This document shows positions 23,702 to 32,169 of a stretch of DNA of 39,448 bases, piece after piece. Each line of letters starts with the position of its first letter. Position 1 is the stretch's first letter. The stretch lies in the NCBI GenBank assembly GCA_013821615.1, contig JACDGQ010000001.1, positions 1-39,448 on the forward strand, given 5' to 3'. Source of the stretch: Planctomycetota bacterium. Lineage in GTDB: Bacteria; Planctomycetota; UBA11346. Under the pieces are notes generated by a model, which saw only the letters and a list, made by a program, of their open reading frames with translations, searched no databases and was not told the origin of the DNA. The translations under genes and the position numbers were made by a program.

Positions 23702-24106
23702 ATGCCCAGCGCCCGCAAACCCACCACCGCCAAGGCGAGCAAAGCCAAGATCAGCACCAAGCCGAAGAACCGGAAGGCCAAGGCCCAACCGAAGCCCGAG
23801 GCGGCGGTCGTTCCCGCCGTTGAACTCCAGGCTGCGGTGCCGCCCGCTGCCGGCCCCGACGCGCCAGCGGGCGCCAGTAAAACGCTCTCTGGCCTGGACG
23901 CCGCCGCGATCGTACTGCGTGAAGCGAGCGCGCCGCTGAACGCCCAGGACCTCGTCGGCCTCATGCTCGAACGCGGCCTCTGGAAGACCGAGGGCAAGAC
24001 CCCGGCCGCGACGATCTACGCCGCGATGATCCGTGAGATCCGGTCCAAGGGTTCGACCAGCCGGTTCCTCAAGGCGGATCGGGGCCGCTTCGCCGCTGTC
24101 GGCTGA
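23702..24106 (+). CDS. HARE-HTH domain protein with a Lys/Ala-rich histone H1-like N-terminus
   Basis: The N-terminus is KPTTAKASKAKISTKPKNRKAKAQPKPE. The C-terminus LSGLDAAAIVLREASAPLNAQDLVGLMLERGLWKTEGKTPAATIYAAMIREIRSKGSTSRFLKADRGRFA fits the HARE-HTH (HB1/ASXL/restriction endonuclease HTH) pattern. GGAG lies 8 nt upstream of the ATG. Confidence 0.7.
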   Translation: MPSARKPTTAKASKAKISTKPKNRKAKAQPKPEAAVVPAVELQAAVPPAAGPDAPAGASKTLSGLDAAAIVLREASAPLNAQDLVGLMLERGLWKTEGKTPAATIYAAMIREIRSKGSTSRFLKADRGRFAAVG

Positions 24107-24120
24107 GAGCACCACCACGA

Positions 24121-25365
24121 TCAGACGCTTCCTGCAGCCCCGGCTTCCGCCGGGGTCTGCTCGTTCATGGCGGCGGCGATGCGATTGGCCTGCTTGCCGG
24201 TGAACTGCTCCCAGCGCTTCACGATCACATCGCAGTAGCGCGGATCGAGTTCCATGAGCCGGGCGTGGCGTCCAGTTTGCTCGGCAGCGATGATGGTGGT
24301 GCCGGAACCGCCGAATGGATCGATGACCACGCCGCCAGGCGCGCAGGAATTTTGCACCAGGTAGAGGAACAGCGGCACCGGCTTCATCGTCGGGTGCTCG
24401 CCGTTGCGGCTCGGCTTGTCGAACTCCAGCACCGTGGTCTGGCAGCGGTCCGACAACCAGGTGTGGCCGGCGCCATCCTTCCAACCGTAGAGGCACGGCT
24501 CGTGCTTCCATTGGTAGTCCTGGCGACCGAGCACCAACGACGACTTCACCCAGACCAAGCACTGGCGCACGGTCAGACCGATCTCGGCGCAGGCCCCGCG
24601 CACGGTCAGTCCCTCCGAGTCGGCGTGCCAGCAGTAGAACGCACCACCGGCGCGCAGCACCGCGACTGAGGTTCCGAGGCTGGCCACAAGGAACTTCCGG
24701 TACGAGGCATCGTCCATGTCGTCATTGGCGATGGTCATCGCCGCGTCGGTGCCGCCCTCGTAGGCGACGTTGTACGGCGGATCGGTGAGCAGCAGATCGG
24801 CGTGGCCACCGTCCATCAGTCGCGCGATGTGATCTGGCTCGGTGCTGTCGCCGCAGAGCAGCCGGTGATCGCCGAGCACCCACAGGTCGCCGGGCTGCGT
24901 GAGGGTCTGCCCAGCATCGGGAACCGGCGGGATCTCATCGGGATCGGTGAGGCCCTCGCGCACACCAGGGTCGAGCAGCTTCGCCAATTCCTCCGCATCG
25001 AAACCCAAGGTGGCGAGATCCAGATCGAGATCGCTGCCCTCGATTGCCTTCAACTCGATGCCGAGCTTCTCCAGATCCCACTCCGCGATTTCGGCGGTCT
25101 TGTTGTCGGCGATGCGCAGCGCGCGGATCTGGTCGGCGGTCAGTTCAACCGCGACATGGACCGGCACCTCGGTGAGGCCGAGCTGCTTGGCAGCGCGCCA
25201 GCGGGTGTGGCCGATGACGATCACGCCGTCGCCATCCACGACGATGGGCTGGCGGAAGCCGAACTGGCGGATGCTCTCGGCCACGGCCGGCACCGCATCG
25301 TCGTTCTGGCGGGGGTTGTTCGTGTAGGGCCGGATGGAGTCGATGGGCCGGAATTCGATGTGCAT
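24121..25365 (-). CDS. ParB-like nuclease domain fused to an N6-adenine/N4-cytosine DNA methyltransferase
   Basis: I chose ATG 25365 (MHIEFRPIDSIRPYTNNPRQN...IVIGHTRWRAAKQLG), which starts the ParB/Srx domain. The methyltransferase motifs are LLLTDPPYNVAY (motif IV) and VIDPFGGSGTTIIAAEQTGR (motif I). No restriction partner is present in the window. Confidence 0.9.
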   Translation of the reverse strand: MHIEFRPIDSIRPYTNNPRQNDDAVPAVAESIRQFGFRQPIVVDGDGVIVIGHTRWRAAKQLGLTEVPVHVAVELTADQIRALRIADNKTAEIAEWDLEKLGIELKAIEGSDLDLDLATLGFDAEELAKLLDPGVREGLTDPDEIPPVPDAGQTLTQPGDLWVLGDHRLLCGDSTEPDHIARLMDGGHADLLLTDPPYNVAYEGGTDAAMTIANDDMDDASYRKFLVASLGTSVAVLRAGGAFYCWHADSEGLTVRGACAEIGLTVRQCLVWVKSSLVLGRQDYQWKHEPCLYGWKDGAGHTWLSDRCQTTVLEFDKPSRNGEHPTMKPVPLFLYLVQNSCAPGGVVIDPFGGSGTTIIAAEQTGRHARLMELDPRYCDVIVKRWEQFTGKQANRIAAAMNEQTPAEAGAAGSV

Positions 25366-25526
25366 GTGGTGGTCCTGGTCAGGGGTGGCGGGGCTGGTCG
25401 GCGGGCAGCCGGACAACCTGGGGAAAGTGACTCGAACTCGGTGGCTGTTCCCTTGGGCAAGGAGGAAGCCATTCGGCGGGGGAGGACCCGTTGATCTGTC
25501 GATCATTTCGACAGTCGATCAGCCGT

Positions 25527-25726
25527 GTTTCCCATCGCTCGTTGCCCGTCTGTTTCCCATCTCGGGGAAACGCAGGTGGGAAACATCGCTGCCCCGTTTC
25601 CCGTTTCCCACCTCTGCGCCCTATAGGGCGCGCAGAGGAGTGGGAAACAGTCTCGGGAGGTACGGGTTTGAGGGTGTTTCCCACTTCCAGAACGAGGTGG
25701 GAAACAGAGGTGGGAAACAGGGAAAC
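25527..25726. repeat. Iteron-like array of about 12 copies of GTTTCCCA / TGGGAAAC around a large imperfect palindrome
   Basis: Forward copies lie at 25527, 25552, 25596 (partial), 25603 and 25676. Reverse copies lie at 25564 (partial), 25577, 25641, 25698, 25711 and 25720 (partial). The palindrome CCTCTGCGCcctatagggcGCGCAGAGG (25611-25638) is flanked by inverted motif copies. The array lies between the primase-helicase stop (25732) and the methylase start (25365). Confidence 0.85.
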
Positions 25727-25731
25727 AGGCT

Positions 25732-27963
25732 TCATGCGTTGGCCTTTCCTGTTGCAGATTTCGCCATGCGCAGTGCCTCGCTGGCGGTGGTGGTGCGACA
25801 ACCGGCCAAGGCCATGAGTTCACGAACCGACAGGTCCGGGTTCTCATGAGCGAGTCGCAGCGCCTTGTCCTCGGGTGACTCGACCTGGCTGCCGGGCAGG
25901 CCGACCATGCGCATGCCCCGTGGTCCTTCCCAGGCTTCGACGCCCCCGTCGCGGTCCTCGATGAGGCCGTCGATGGCCAACTCCACATCGCCCTTCCGCA
26001 ACCGTGGATTGGCCTTCCGCACGGTGGCGACCACCAGGTCGCAGGCCGCCCGGAGCGATCGTGGGCCTTTGGCCAGCACCTCGGCAAGCGCCTCCTGAAT
26101 GGCGCTGGGATCGACGGTGGGCGTGCCTGCTTGGCGATTGGCGTCGAGCGAGGCGTAGTCCTCACCAGCAACTGCCCACACGATACGAGGCACGTCGCTC
26201 GCGCCGTCGGTGAACGGATCGGGCCAGTGAAAGCGCCAGGTCCATCCGTTCTCGTCGATCTTTCCCAAGTTGGACTTCACGACGCGGAACCAGCGCTCGC
26301 CGTCCTGCATGCCCTTATCGAGCATCGTGGCGACGCGCACGCCGGCCGTCATCTGCGCCGAACCGGCGATCGCATCCATGGGATCGCCGTCGCCTTGACC
26401 GGTCTTTCGCAGGTGCGCCACGACCACGACGGCGGCTCCGGTCTGCCGGGCCAGACGAGTGAGCGCATCGAGCAGCAAGCGGACGTCCTGCGCGGCGTTG
26501 GCATCGGTGCCGGCCGGAGCGAAGGCAGCGAAGGTATCGACCACGATCAAATCGAAGGCGCGAGCCGTGGTCGCTTCGACCAGCAGGTGGACATGCGCGG
26601 CGAGATCGATGGGCGAGCCGGTCGCCGTGTTGGCGAACACCGACCAGCACACGCGCGAGAGGTCGGCCTTGGCGGCCCGCAGGCGTGGCAGCAGGACGCA
26701 GCTCGCGTCGTCCTCACGGGCCAGGAGCAGAACCTTCCCCGGCGGATGGATCGTGCCGTCCGGCATCGACTGACCTGCTGAGACGCGAGCGGCGAGATCG
26801 CAGATCAGGAACGATTTACCCAGGCCCTGTTTGCCGCCGATCAGCGATAGCATTCCGCGTGGCATGACGCCCGGCCACAGCCAGGCGATCTCGCGTTCGG
26901 GCGTTTCCGCGAAGGTTTGAAGATCGAAGGTCAGGAGTGGGGCGGTTGCTGCTGGTAGCAAACCAGAGAGATCCACGTCGCCGACGGGCTGAGGCGCGGC
27001 CCCGTAGCCGCTGCGCCGCAACTCGGTGGCAGCAGCCTGGAAGTCACCGTGGTGCTCAAGCAGGGCGTAGGCGGCGAATGGACTGTAGGCGCGGCTGGGT
27101 TCGAAGGGTGCGGCGTTGGACGAGAAGACATACAGCACCCCGTCCTTCAGCGTGGCGGACGTCGAGTTCATCTTGCCTGGGCGACACCAGTGCTGGTTCG
27201 CGCCGTCGTGGGCCAGCGACCAGCCGTGGTGCTGCAGCAACGCGCCGAAATCCGCACGCCGGTTGAAGTCATCGCCGGGCCGCTCGCCATCCACGACGAC
27301 ACCCGGCTGCGGATCCACCGGTTCCGGCAGGATCGCGTTGATCGCCCAGGCGCAGCGCAGGAGGACGTCGCGTTCGGCAGCGGTGAGCACGGGCAGCGCC
27401 GTGAACTCGCCCTGCATGAGCTGGTAGCCGGTTGACGGCGCGCACAGGAACAGCCCGCCTTCGCCGCGCGTCTCGATCATGGTGAGCACGATGTGCCAGC
27501 GGCCGTCACGGTCCTTGCGCGGCTTGTAGCTCTTGCCGAAACGCATGACCTCCGCCGGACTGTCCAAATCCTCGCGGCGCTGGGCGAGCTTCAGGTTGCC
27601 GCACACCGGTTCAGTGCAGCGATAGACGACGTGCCAGCCGCCCGATGGACTGGTCTCCACCACCAAGCGATCGAGCAGGCCCGGAACCTCAGCGTTGACC
27701 AGCGTCGACCACGCCGTGAACGCCTCGCCCGCGCAATCGAAGTCGATGAGTTCCAGATTTCCCGAGACGGCACCACAGATCAGACAGCACGCTGGATGCG
27801 AGTTGGCGAACCATGCCTCGACCTCGGCCGCTGTCGGTAGCCGCGACTGGTAGTCCTTCCAGGTGCCGACGGCCGGACGCTTCTCCGGCATGCGTGCGGG
27901 AAGCACGCAGAGGCCGGCGGCCTGGTAGGCACGCGCTGCAGGAGCGAGAACGCCAAGGTGCAT
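25732..27963 (-). CDS. Bifunctional primase-polymerase (prim-pol) / RecA-fold (AAA_25, RepA-like) replicative helicase
   Basis: The N-terminus AGLCVLPARMPEKRPAVGTWKDYQSR...GNLELIDFD...VETSPSGGWHVVYRC fits the prim-pol domain. The central segment SLIGGKQGLGKSFLICDLAARVS (Walker A) ... FDLIVVDTF (Walker B) ... VVVVAHLRKTG fits the helicase domain. Confidence 0.85.
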   Translation of the reverse strand: MHLGVLAPAARAYQAAGLCVLPARMPEKRPAVGTWKDYQSRLPTAAEVEAWFANSHPACCLICGAVSGNLELIDFDCAGEAFTAWSTLVNAEVPGLLDRLVVETSPSGGWHVVYRCTEPVCGNLKLAQRREDLDSPAEVMRFGKSYKPRKDRDGRWHIVLTMIETRGEGGLFLCAPSTGYQLMQGEFTALPVLTAAERDVLLRCAWAINAILPEPVDPQPGVVVDGERPGDDFNRRADFGALLQHHGWSLAHDGANQHWCRPGKMNSTSATLKDGVLYVFSSNAAPFEPSRAYSPFAAYALLEHHGDFQAAATELRRSGYGAAPQPVGDVDLSGLLPAATAPLLTFDLQTFAETPEREIAWLWPGVMPRGMLSLIGGKQGLGKSFLICDLAARVSAGQSMPDGTIHPPGKVLLLAREDDASCVLLPRLRAAKADLSRVCWSVFANTATGSPIDLAAHVHLLVEATTARAFDLIVVDTFAAFAPAGTDANAAQDVRLLLDALTRLARQTGAAVVVVAHLRKTGQGDGDPMDAIAGSAQMTAGVRVATMLDKGMQDGERWFRVVKSNLGKIDENGWTWRFHWPDPFTDGASDVPRIVWAVAGEDYASLDANRQAGTPTVDPSAIQEALAEVLAKGPRSLRAACDLVVATVRKANPRLRKGDVELAIDGLIEDRDGGVEAWEGPRGMRMVGLPGSQVESPEDKALRLAHENPDLSVRELMALAGCRTTTASEALRMAKSATGKANA

Positions 27964-28298
27964 CAGTTCCGTTCCGGATCCTGGGCAGTGAGCGGGAACG
28001 GAAGCACGATGGTCTCGGCGGTGGTGCTCTCGTAGATGCTGCGCAGGCGCAGCACGAACAGGTGACCGTCACGGCAGCGGAAGGTGATGCCGATGGCCGA
28101 GCCACCTTCGACCGGCGGTGCTGTGGGATCGAGGCGCACGCCATCACGATCGACGCACATCGCACCGCGCTGGCCTGCGAGCGAGATGCTGTCGAGTGCG
28201 ATAGGCGCGACGTGTTCGTTGCGGCAGACGGGACAGCGGAGCTGGCCACGGCGAGGTTCCGGGGCGGAGGCGTGGATCGTGGCGATGGTGATGTGCAT
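27963..28298 (-). CDS. Hypothetical protein (111 aa), possible Zn-ribbon
   Basis: The sequence contains CPVC ... C ... RCRDGH. The ORF is translationally coupled to the primase gene by a 1-nt overlap. Confidence 0.5.
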   Translation of the reverse strand: MHITIATIHASAPEPRRGQLRCPVCRNEHVAPIALDSISLAGQRGAMCVDRDGVRLDPTAPPVEGGSAIGITFRCRDGHLFVLRLRSIYESTTAETIVLPFPLTAQDPERN

Positions 28299-28310
28299 GC
28301 GGATTCCTCG

Positions 28311-30008
28311 TTAGAAGGGCGGCTCGTCGTCGTAGGCGGATGGCTGGAGCGCAGTGGAAATGGTCGGCTCATCCCGATCATCGCCCGGCTCGCGCGATGT
28401 CGGCTGCGGGCCGAACCGGTAGTCGGTGATGCGCTCGAAATCCTCGCCTGCGACGGTGCGGACCGTGATGTGGGTCGTCGGTGTCAGGGCGCCGTCATTG
28501 CCCAGACGGCAGGCTTCGGCGGCGGTGGACGGCACCGGTTCACGACTGCGTGCTCGCCACCACGCTTCAGCTTTTCCGCGCGCGAAGCCGGTATGCTCGA
28601 AGCAGACCCACTCCTTCTGGTAGCGGTTCAGGCCGATCTCGTATTCGACGCGCAGCGACTTGGGGGCATCCAGCAGCGCACCGCGCTTCTGATGAACCGC
28701 GAAGAACGTGTCGCGGATCACGTACTCAGTGGTCGTGACCTGACCCGACAACACGCCGGCTGACGACGCCTCGCGTTCGTGCTGGTCGCGCTCGGGCGGT
28801 GGGAATTGAAATCCACACTGCGGACAGGTGGCGAAGCCAGCAGCGATCACCGCCTGACACTGCGGACATTCCTTGGCCGGAGCCTGCCCGCCGTCGCGCC
28901 CATCTTTCTCGGTGATGGAGATGGCATCCACCGGGCCGTGCCGCAGCACGTTGCCACCGAAGTCGAGCACCAAGCAGTCGCTTTTGCCTGGCGCTAGGCG
29001 GAAGCCGCGCCCGACCATCTGGTAGTAGAGCCCAGCCGACATGGTCGGACGCAGCAGGGCCACGCAGTCCACCTGGGGTGCATCGAAGCCGGTGGTGAGC
29101 ACCGCGACGTTGACCAGGTAGCGCAATTCTCCGCCCTTGAAGCGGGCGATGATGCGATCGCGTTCGCCATCAGGCGTCTGACCAAAGATGCAGGCGACTT
29201 CCACGCCATGGATCGAACGCAGCACCTCAGCGACGTGCTCGGCATGCGTCACCCCAGCCGCGAAGAGGAGGCAGGCCTTGCGTTCGCGGGTCTGTTCGAC
29301 GATCTCGCTGCAGGCTGCGCGCACGAGGTCGTCGGCATCGCACAGGCGTTCGACTTCCTCGGCGACGAACTCGCCGGCACGGATATGCAGGCCTGTCGTG
29401 TCGGCCTTGGCCTTGCCCGCCTTGCTTATCAGCGGCGAGAGGAATCCGTCGCGGATCAGCTCCTTCACGCCGACTTCGTAGCAGACGTGGTTGAGGATGT
29501 TGTCCGGCCCGCAGATCGCTCCGTCCTTGAGCCGAAACGGCGTGGCGGTCAGACCGATGACGCGCAGATGGGGATTCACCGCCTGCGCATCGCGCAGGAA
29601 GGTCTGGTACATGCCCTCGCCTTCTGGGGGAATGAGATGCGCCTCGTCGATGAGGACGATGTCGAAGCGACCAAGATCACAGGCCTTCTGGTACACCGAC
29701 TGGATGCCGGCGATGATCACCGGGTGATCGAGATCGCGGCGCTTCAGACCGGCGGAGTTCACACCCACCAGAAGTGGCGAGAGAAAGCGCGCCGCCTGGC
29801 CAGCGTTCTGGTCCACCAGCTCCTTTACATGGGTGAGCACGAGGATGCGCCCATTCCAGCGCTCCACGACATCGGCGCAGATGCGGCCGACGATGACGCC
29901 CTTGCCACCACCCGTGGGGATGACGACGCAGGGGTTGTCCTCGCGGGCCGACAGGTGCCCGTAGACGGCGGAAACCGCCGCCTCTTGGTAGGGTCGCAGG
30001 GTGACCAT
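28311..30008 (-). CDS. SF2 DEAD/DEAH-box DNA helicase with an internal Zn-ribbon
   Basis: The helicase motifs are VVIPTGGGKG (I), VLIDEAH (II), GLTATP (III) and QMVGRGFR (VI). The Zn-ribbon reads CPQCQAVIAAGFATCPQCG. Confidence 0.85.
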   Translation of the reverse strand: MVTLRPYQEAAVSAVYGHLSAREDNPCVVIPTGGGKGVIVGRICADVVERWNGRILVLTHVKELVDQNAGQAARFLSPLLVGVNSAGLKRRDLDHPVIIAGIQSVYQKACDLGRFDIVLIDEAHLIPPEGEGMYQTFLRDAQAVNPHLRVIGLTATPFRLKDGAICGPDNILNHVCYEVGVKELIRDGFLSPLISKAGKAKADTTGLHIRAGEFVAEEVERLCDADDLVRAACSEIVEQTRERKACLLFAAGVTHAEHVAEVLRSIHGVEVACIFGQTPDGERDRIIARFKGGELRYLVNVAVLTTGFDAPQVDCVALLRPTMSAGLYYQMVGRGFRLAPGKSDCLVLDFGGNVLRHGPVDAISITEKDGRDGGQAPAKECPQCQAVIAAGFATCPQCGFQFPPPERDQHEREASSAGVLSGQVTTTEYVIRDTFFAVHQKRGALLDAPKSLRVEYEIGLNRYQKEWVCFEHTGFARGKAEAWWRARSREPVPSTAAEACRLGNDGALTPTTHITVRTVAGEDFERITDYRFGPQPTSREPGDDRDEPTISTALQPSAYDDEPPF

Positions 30009-30346
30009 CAGGCGACCTGGGTGCGCCGGCGATACGCTTGGTGACGCCGGACGGCGTGGCCACCCGGCAGCTTGCAGTCGAGCACCGCCTGGGCTTGGTC
30101 GTTGGTGACTTTTCCGCTGTCATCGACCAGGTGGTAGCACCGCGCCGCAGCGCGCATGACTGCGTCGAAGCCGTGGACTTGGAGCAGGTTGTTCCAGCCT
30201 TGGCGCTGCACCGATCCCGGCTCGCCGAGGTCGGCCAGCAGTCCGAGGAAATGGAGTGACGTCTCGTCGATTGCGTGGCGCTCGGGCAAGACTGGATGGG
30301 CGCGGCGGATGCCGTCAGCGTCGAGGAAAGGCGTGCTGTCGCTCAT
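30008..30346 (-). CDS. Hypothetical protein (112 aa)
   Basis: The ORF has ATGA-type overlaps on both sides. I recognised no family. Confidence 0.45.
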   Translation of the reverse strand: MSDSTPFLDADGIRRAHPVLPERHAIDETSLHFLGLLADLGEPGSVQRQGWNNLLQVHGFDAVMRAAARCYHLVDDSGKVTNDQAQAVLDCKLPGGHAVRRHQAYRRRTQVA

Positions 30347-30834
30347 GGGCGTTGCTCCAGAAGGCGGCCGTACTCGGCCAGACAGAGGGCGTCGGCGATG
30401 CCGTCGTGCGGAACGCGGCAGCCGGGAAGGACGAGATCAGCGGTCGGCCAGCGACTGGTGCAGAACTGCACTGCGCCGGCCTTGTCATGCGGCAGGCCCA
30501 AGAGCACCCGCTTCTTCCAAATCGTGGATGGCACCAGGACAACCGAGGCGCCGAGCGCGGCACAGACGCCGCGCACCATGCCCCAACCGGTGCCGAACTT
30601 GAACGTCGAGGCCACGCCCTGCTTGGGCATGGAGCTGACCTTCTCCACGCAGACCCGTCCGATGTCTTGATGGTTATCGAGACAGCGCAGGGATCTCAGC
30701 AGGTCGGCCAAGCCGGCGGGATGGACCTCGCCGCCGGCCACCGGCATGGGCCATAAGCCCACGACGGCGCCGGCGTGATCGAGGGCGGCCACTCCACCAA
30801 TGAGACCGGGATCGATGCCGATGGTGAGGTGCAT
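30343..30834 (-). CDS. RuvC-like Holliday junction resolvase
   Basis: The sequence shows MHLTIGIDPGLIGGVAAL (the first acidic motif) and, later, VPHDGIADALCLAEYG. This is the typical phage RuvC-fold pattern. Confidence 0.7.
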   Translation of the reverse strand: MHLTIGIDPGLIGGVAALDHAGAVVGLWPMPVAGGEVHPAGLADLLRSLRCLDNHQDIGRVCVEKVSSMPKQGVASTFKFGTGWGMVRGVCAALGASVVLVPSTIWKKRVLLGLPHDKAGAVQFCTSRWPTADLVLPGCRVPHDGIADALCLAEYGRLLEQRP

Positions 30835-30843
30835 GCCGGCGCC

Positions 30844-31311
30844 TCAGCCTTTCCGCAGCCAGGGCGGCGTGGCGGTGCCGCCGGGAGCACCAGCCTGTTG
30901 CGGCACACCAGCCGCCGCATCCTTCTTGGTCCAGGCGGTGACCTCGTTGGTCATCTCGCCGTTGTCCTCGCGCTTCTTCAACTTCACAGTGACGGTCATC
31001 GGCAGGTTGTGCAGCTCGGCCGAATCCTTGGGCTGCATCACGCCGATCGCCCGGCAGACGGCTGACAGTTCGCCACGGGCGATCTGCACGGTCTGGGCGC
31101 TGGTGTGCTGGAGCGTGTGGCGAGACCACAGCTTCCGCCCCTTGTGCTCGCCATCGAGAATCTGGTATTCGAGTTCGAGGTACTGCCCCGCGCCGTTCTT
31201 GGTCGGCTTCATCTCGCTGGCCGTGACGGCAGCGACGTACTTGCCGGCCGGGACCGGATCTTTTCCGGAGCTGGGCTCGACCTGGTTGGCATCGAAGTTG
31301 AGAGTGGCCAT
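30844..31311 (-). CDS. DUF669-family phage protein (ssDNA-binding-like)
   Basis: The sequence is MATLNFDANQVEPSSGKDPVPAGKYVAAVTASEMKPTKNGAGQYLELEYQILDGEHKGRKLW. This matches the DUF669 pattern, and the gene is adjacent to the AAA_24 gene, as is usual. Confidence 0.65.
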   Translation of the reverse strand: MATLNFDANQVEPSSGKDPVPAGKYVAAVTASEMKPTKNGAGQYLELEYQILDGEHKGRKLWSRHTLQHTSAQTVQIARGELSAVCRAIGVMQPKDSAELHNLPMTVTVKLKKREDNGEMTNEVTAWTKKDAAAGVPQQAGAPGGTATPPWLRKG

Positions 31312-31330
31312 GGGTGGTTCCTTGGTTGTT

Positions 31331-32116
31331 TCAGCGGTTGGTGGAGGGGACGGTGGTGCTGGCTGCGGCGATCGCGTTGTTGGCAGTGAGGTGCTTGGCG
31401 AACTCCGACCACGCGAGCGGCAGTTCGTCGGGCAGGTTCAGGCGGTTCTTGGCGAGATGGCTGGGACGCTCGGTGGCGCGCAGCACGCGCTCGCCGGAGC
31501 CCAAGCCCTGGACGCGCTTCTGGTTGAAGCCCTCGTCGGTGGCCTTGGTGAAGACGCGGTAAGTGGCGAAGAGGACTTCGTCGCACCACTCCGACACGAG
31601 AGCAGTCGCAGTCTTGTGCAGGCGCGGCACGTAGCGGTCGTAGGCTTCGGTCTCGGGATTCTCGAAGCGTTCGATGCGGGCGTGGGCGATGAGGATCACC
31701 GTCATGCCCCGGTGCTCACGTAGCGCGGCGAGTCCATCGAGCACGTCGCGCCAGTGCGTGAGGGCGAAGGTGTAGCCCTTGCCGTAGCCGATGTCCTCGA
31801 TGGTAGCGACTTGGCGCGTGGCGCAGACCTTGGCCCAGATCAACCGCTCCAACCAGTCGAGCGAATCGATGACCACGCTGCGATACGGATGATTCTCGCT
31901 GTAGAGCGCACCGAGCGACTGCATGAATTCGTCGAACGACTGCGCGACGGGAAACTTGTGGCAGTCGATCTCGCCGAGGCCGTCCTCGGTCTGGAGAACC
32001 ACGGGCGACGGCGCACACGTGGCGAAGGTGGACTTCCCGATTCCGGCAGTGCCGTAGACGAGCAGACGACGCGGACCCGACTTGGCGCCGGTGATGATGG
32101 AGGTGAGCAAGCTCAT
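31331..32116 (-). CDS. AAA_24 family ATPase (Sak4-like RecA-fold recombination protein)
   Basis: I chose ATG 32116 (MSLLTSIITGAKSGPRRLLVYGTAGIGKSTFA), which contains Walker A. Walker B is VVIDSLDWLE. The track ORF 31331..32308 has an implausible N-terminal extension. Confidence 0.8.
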   Translation of the reverse strand: MSLLTSIITGAKSGPRRLLVYGTAGIGKSTFATCAPSPVVLQTEDGLGEIDCHKFPVAQSFDEFMQSLGALYSENHPYRSVVIDSLDWLERLIWAKVCATRQVATIEDIGYGKGYTFALTHWRDVLDGLAALREHRGMTVILIAHARIERFENPETEAYDRYVPRLHKTATALVSEWCDEVLFATYRVFTKATDEGFNQKRVQGLGSGERVLRATERPSHLAKNRLNLPDELPLAWSEFAKHLTANNAIAAASTTVPSTNR

Positions 32117-32169
32117 AGGGCTGGTCCTCGAAGGGCTGAGAGTGACTGGAGTGGCTGGTTGGTCGTGAG

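Noticed and set aside
24134-24162. The hairpin GCAGCCCCGGC-ttc-GCCGGGGTCTGC at the convergent junction of the HARE-HTH and methylase genes, considered as a bidirectional terminator
   Set aside because: It lies inside the last codons of the methylase ORF and has no flanking T or A run on either strand. It is plausible but weak, so I did not list it as a feature.
22460-24562. A 700-aa minus-strand ORF spanning the accessory cassette and running into the methylase gene
   Set aside because: The product is extremely Arg/Gly/Ala-rich and low in complexity. The ORF starts inside the methylase gene in another frame. It lies antisense to three plus-strand ORFs that have sensible composition and recognisable domains. 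This is the typical long antisense ORF of high-GC DNA.
25463-25480. TCGGCGGGGGAGGAC on the plus strand, resembling the TCGGCGGGGAGTAAT block of the repeated element
   Set aside because: It has an extra G and lacks the CGACAAAAA and GAAC blocks. It is oriented against the only nearby gene. It is probably a chance GC-rich match.
25334-25849. ORFs of 108-222 aa called across the 25379-25731 gap on both strands
   Set aside because: They are driven by the GTTTCCCA/TGGGAAAC repeats (peptides such as ...GNRGGKQGN... and ...VSHLVLEVGN...). They have no ribosome-binding site or start context, so the region is better explained as an iteron/regulatory array.
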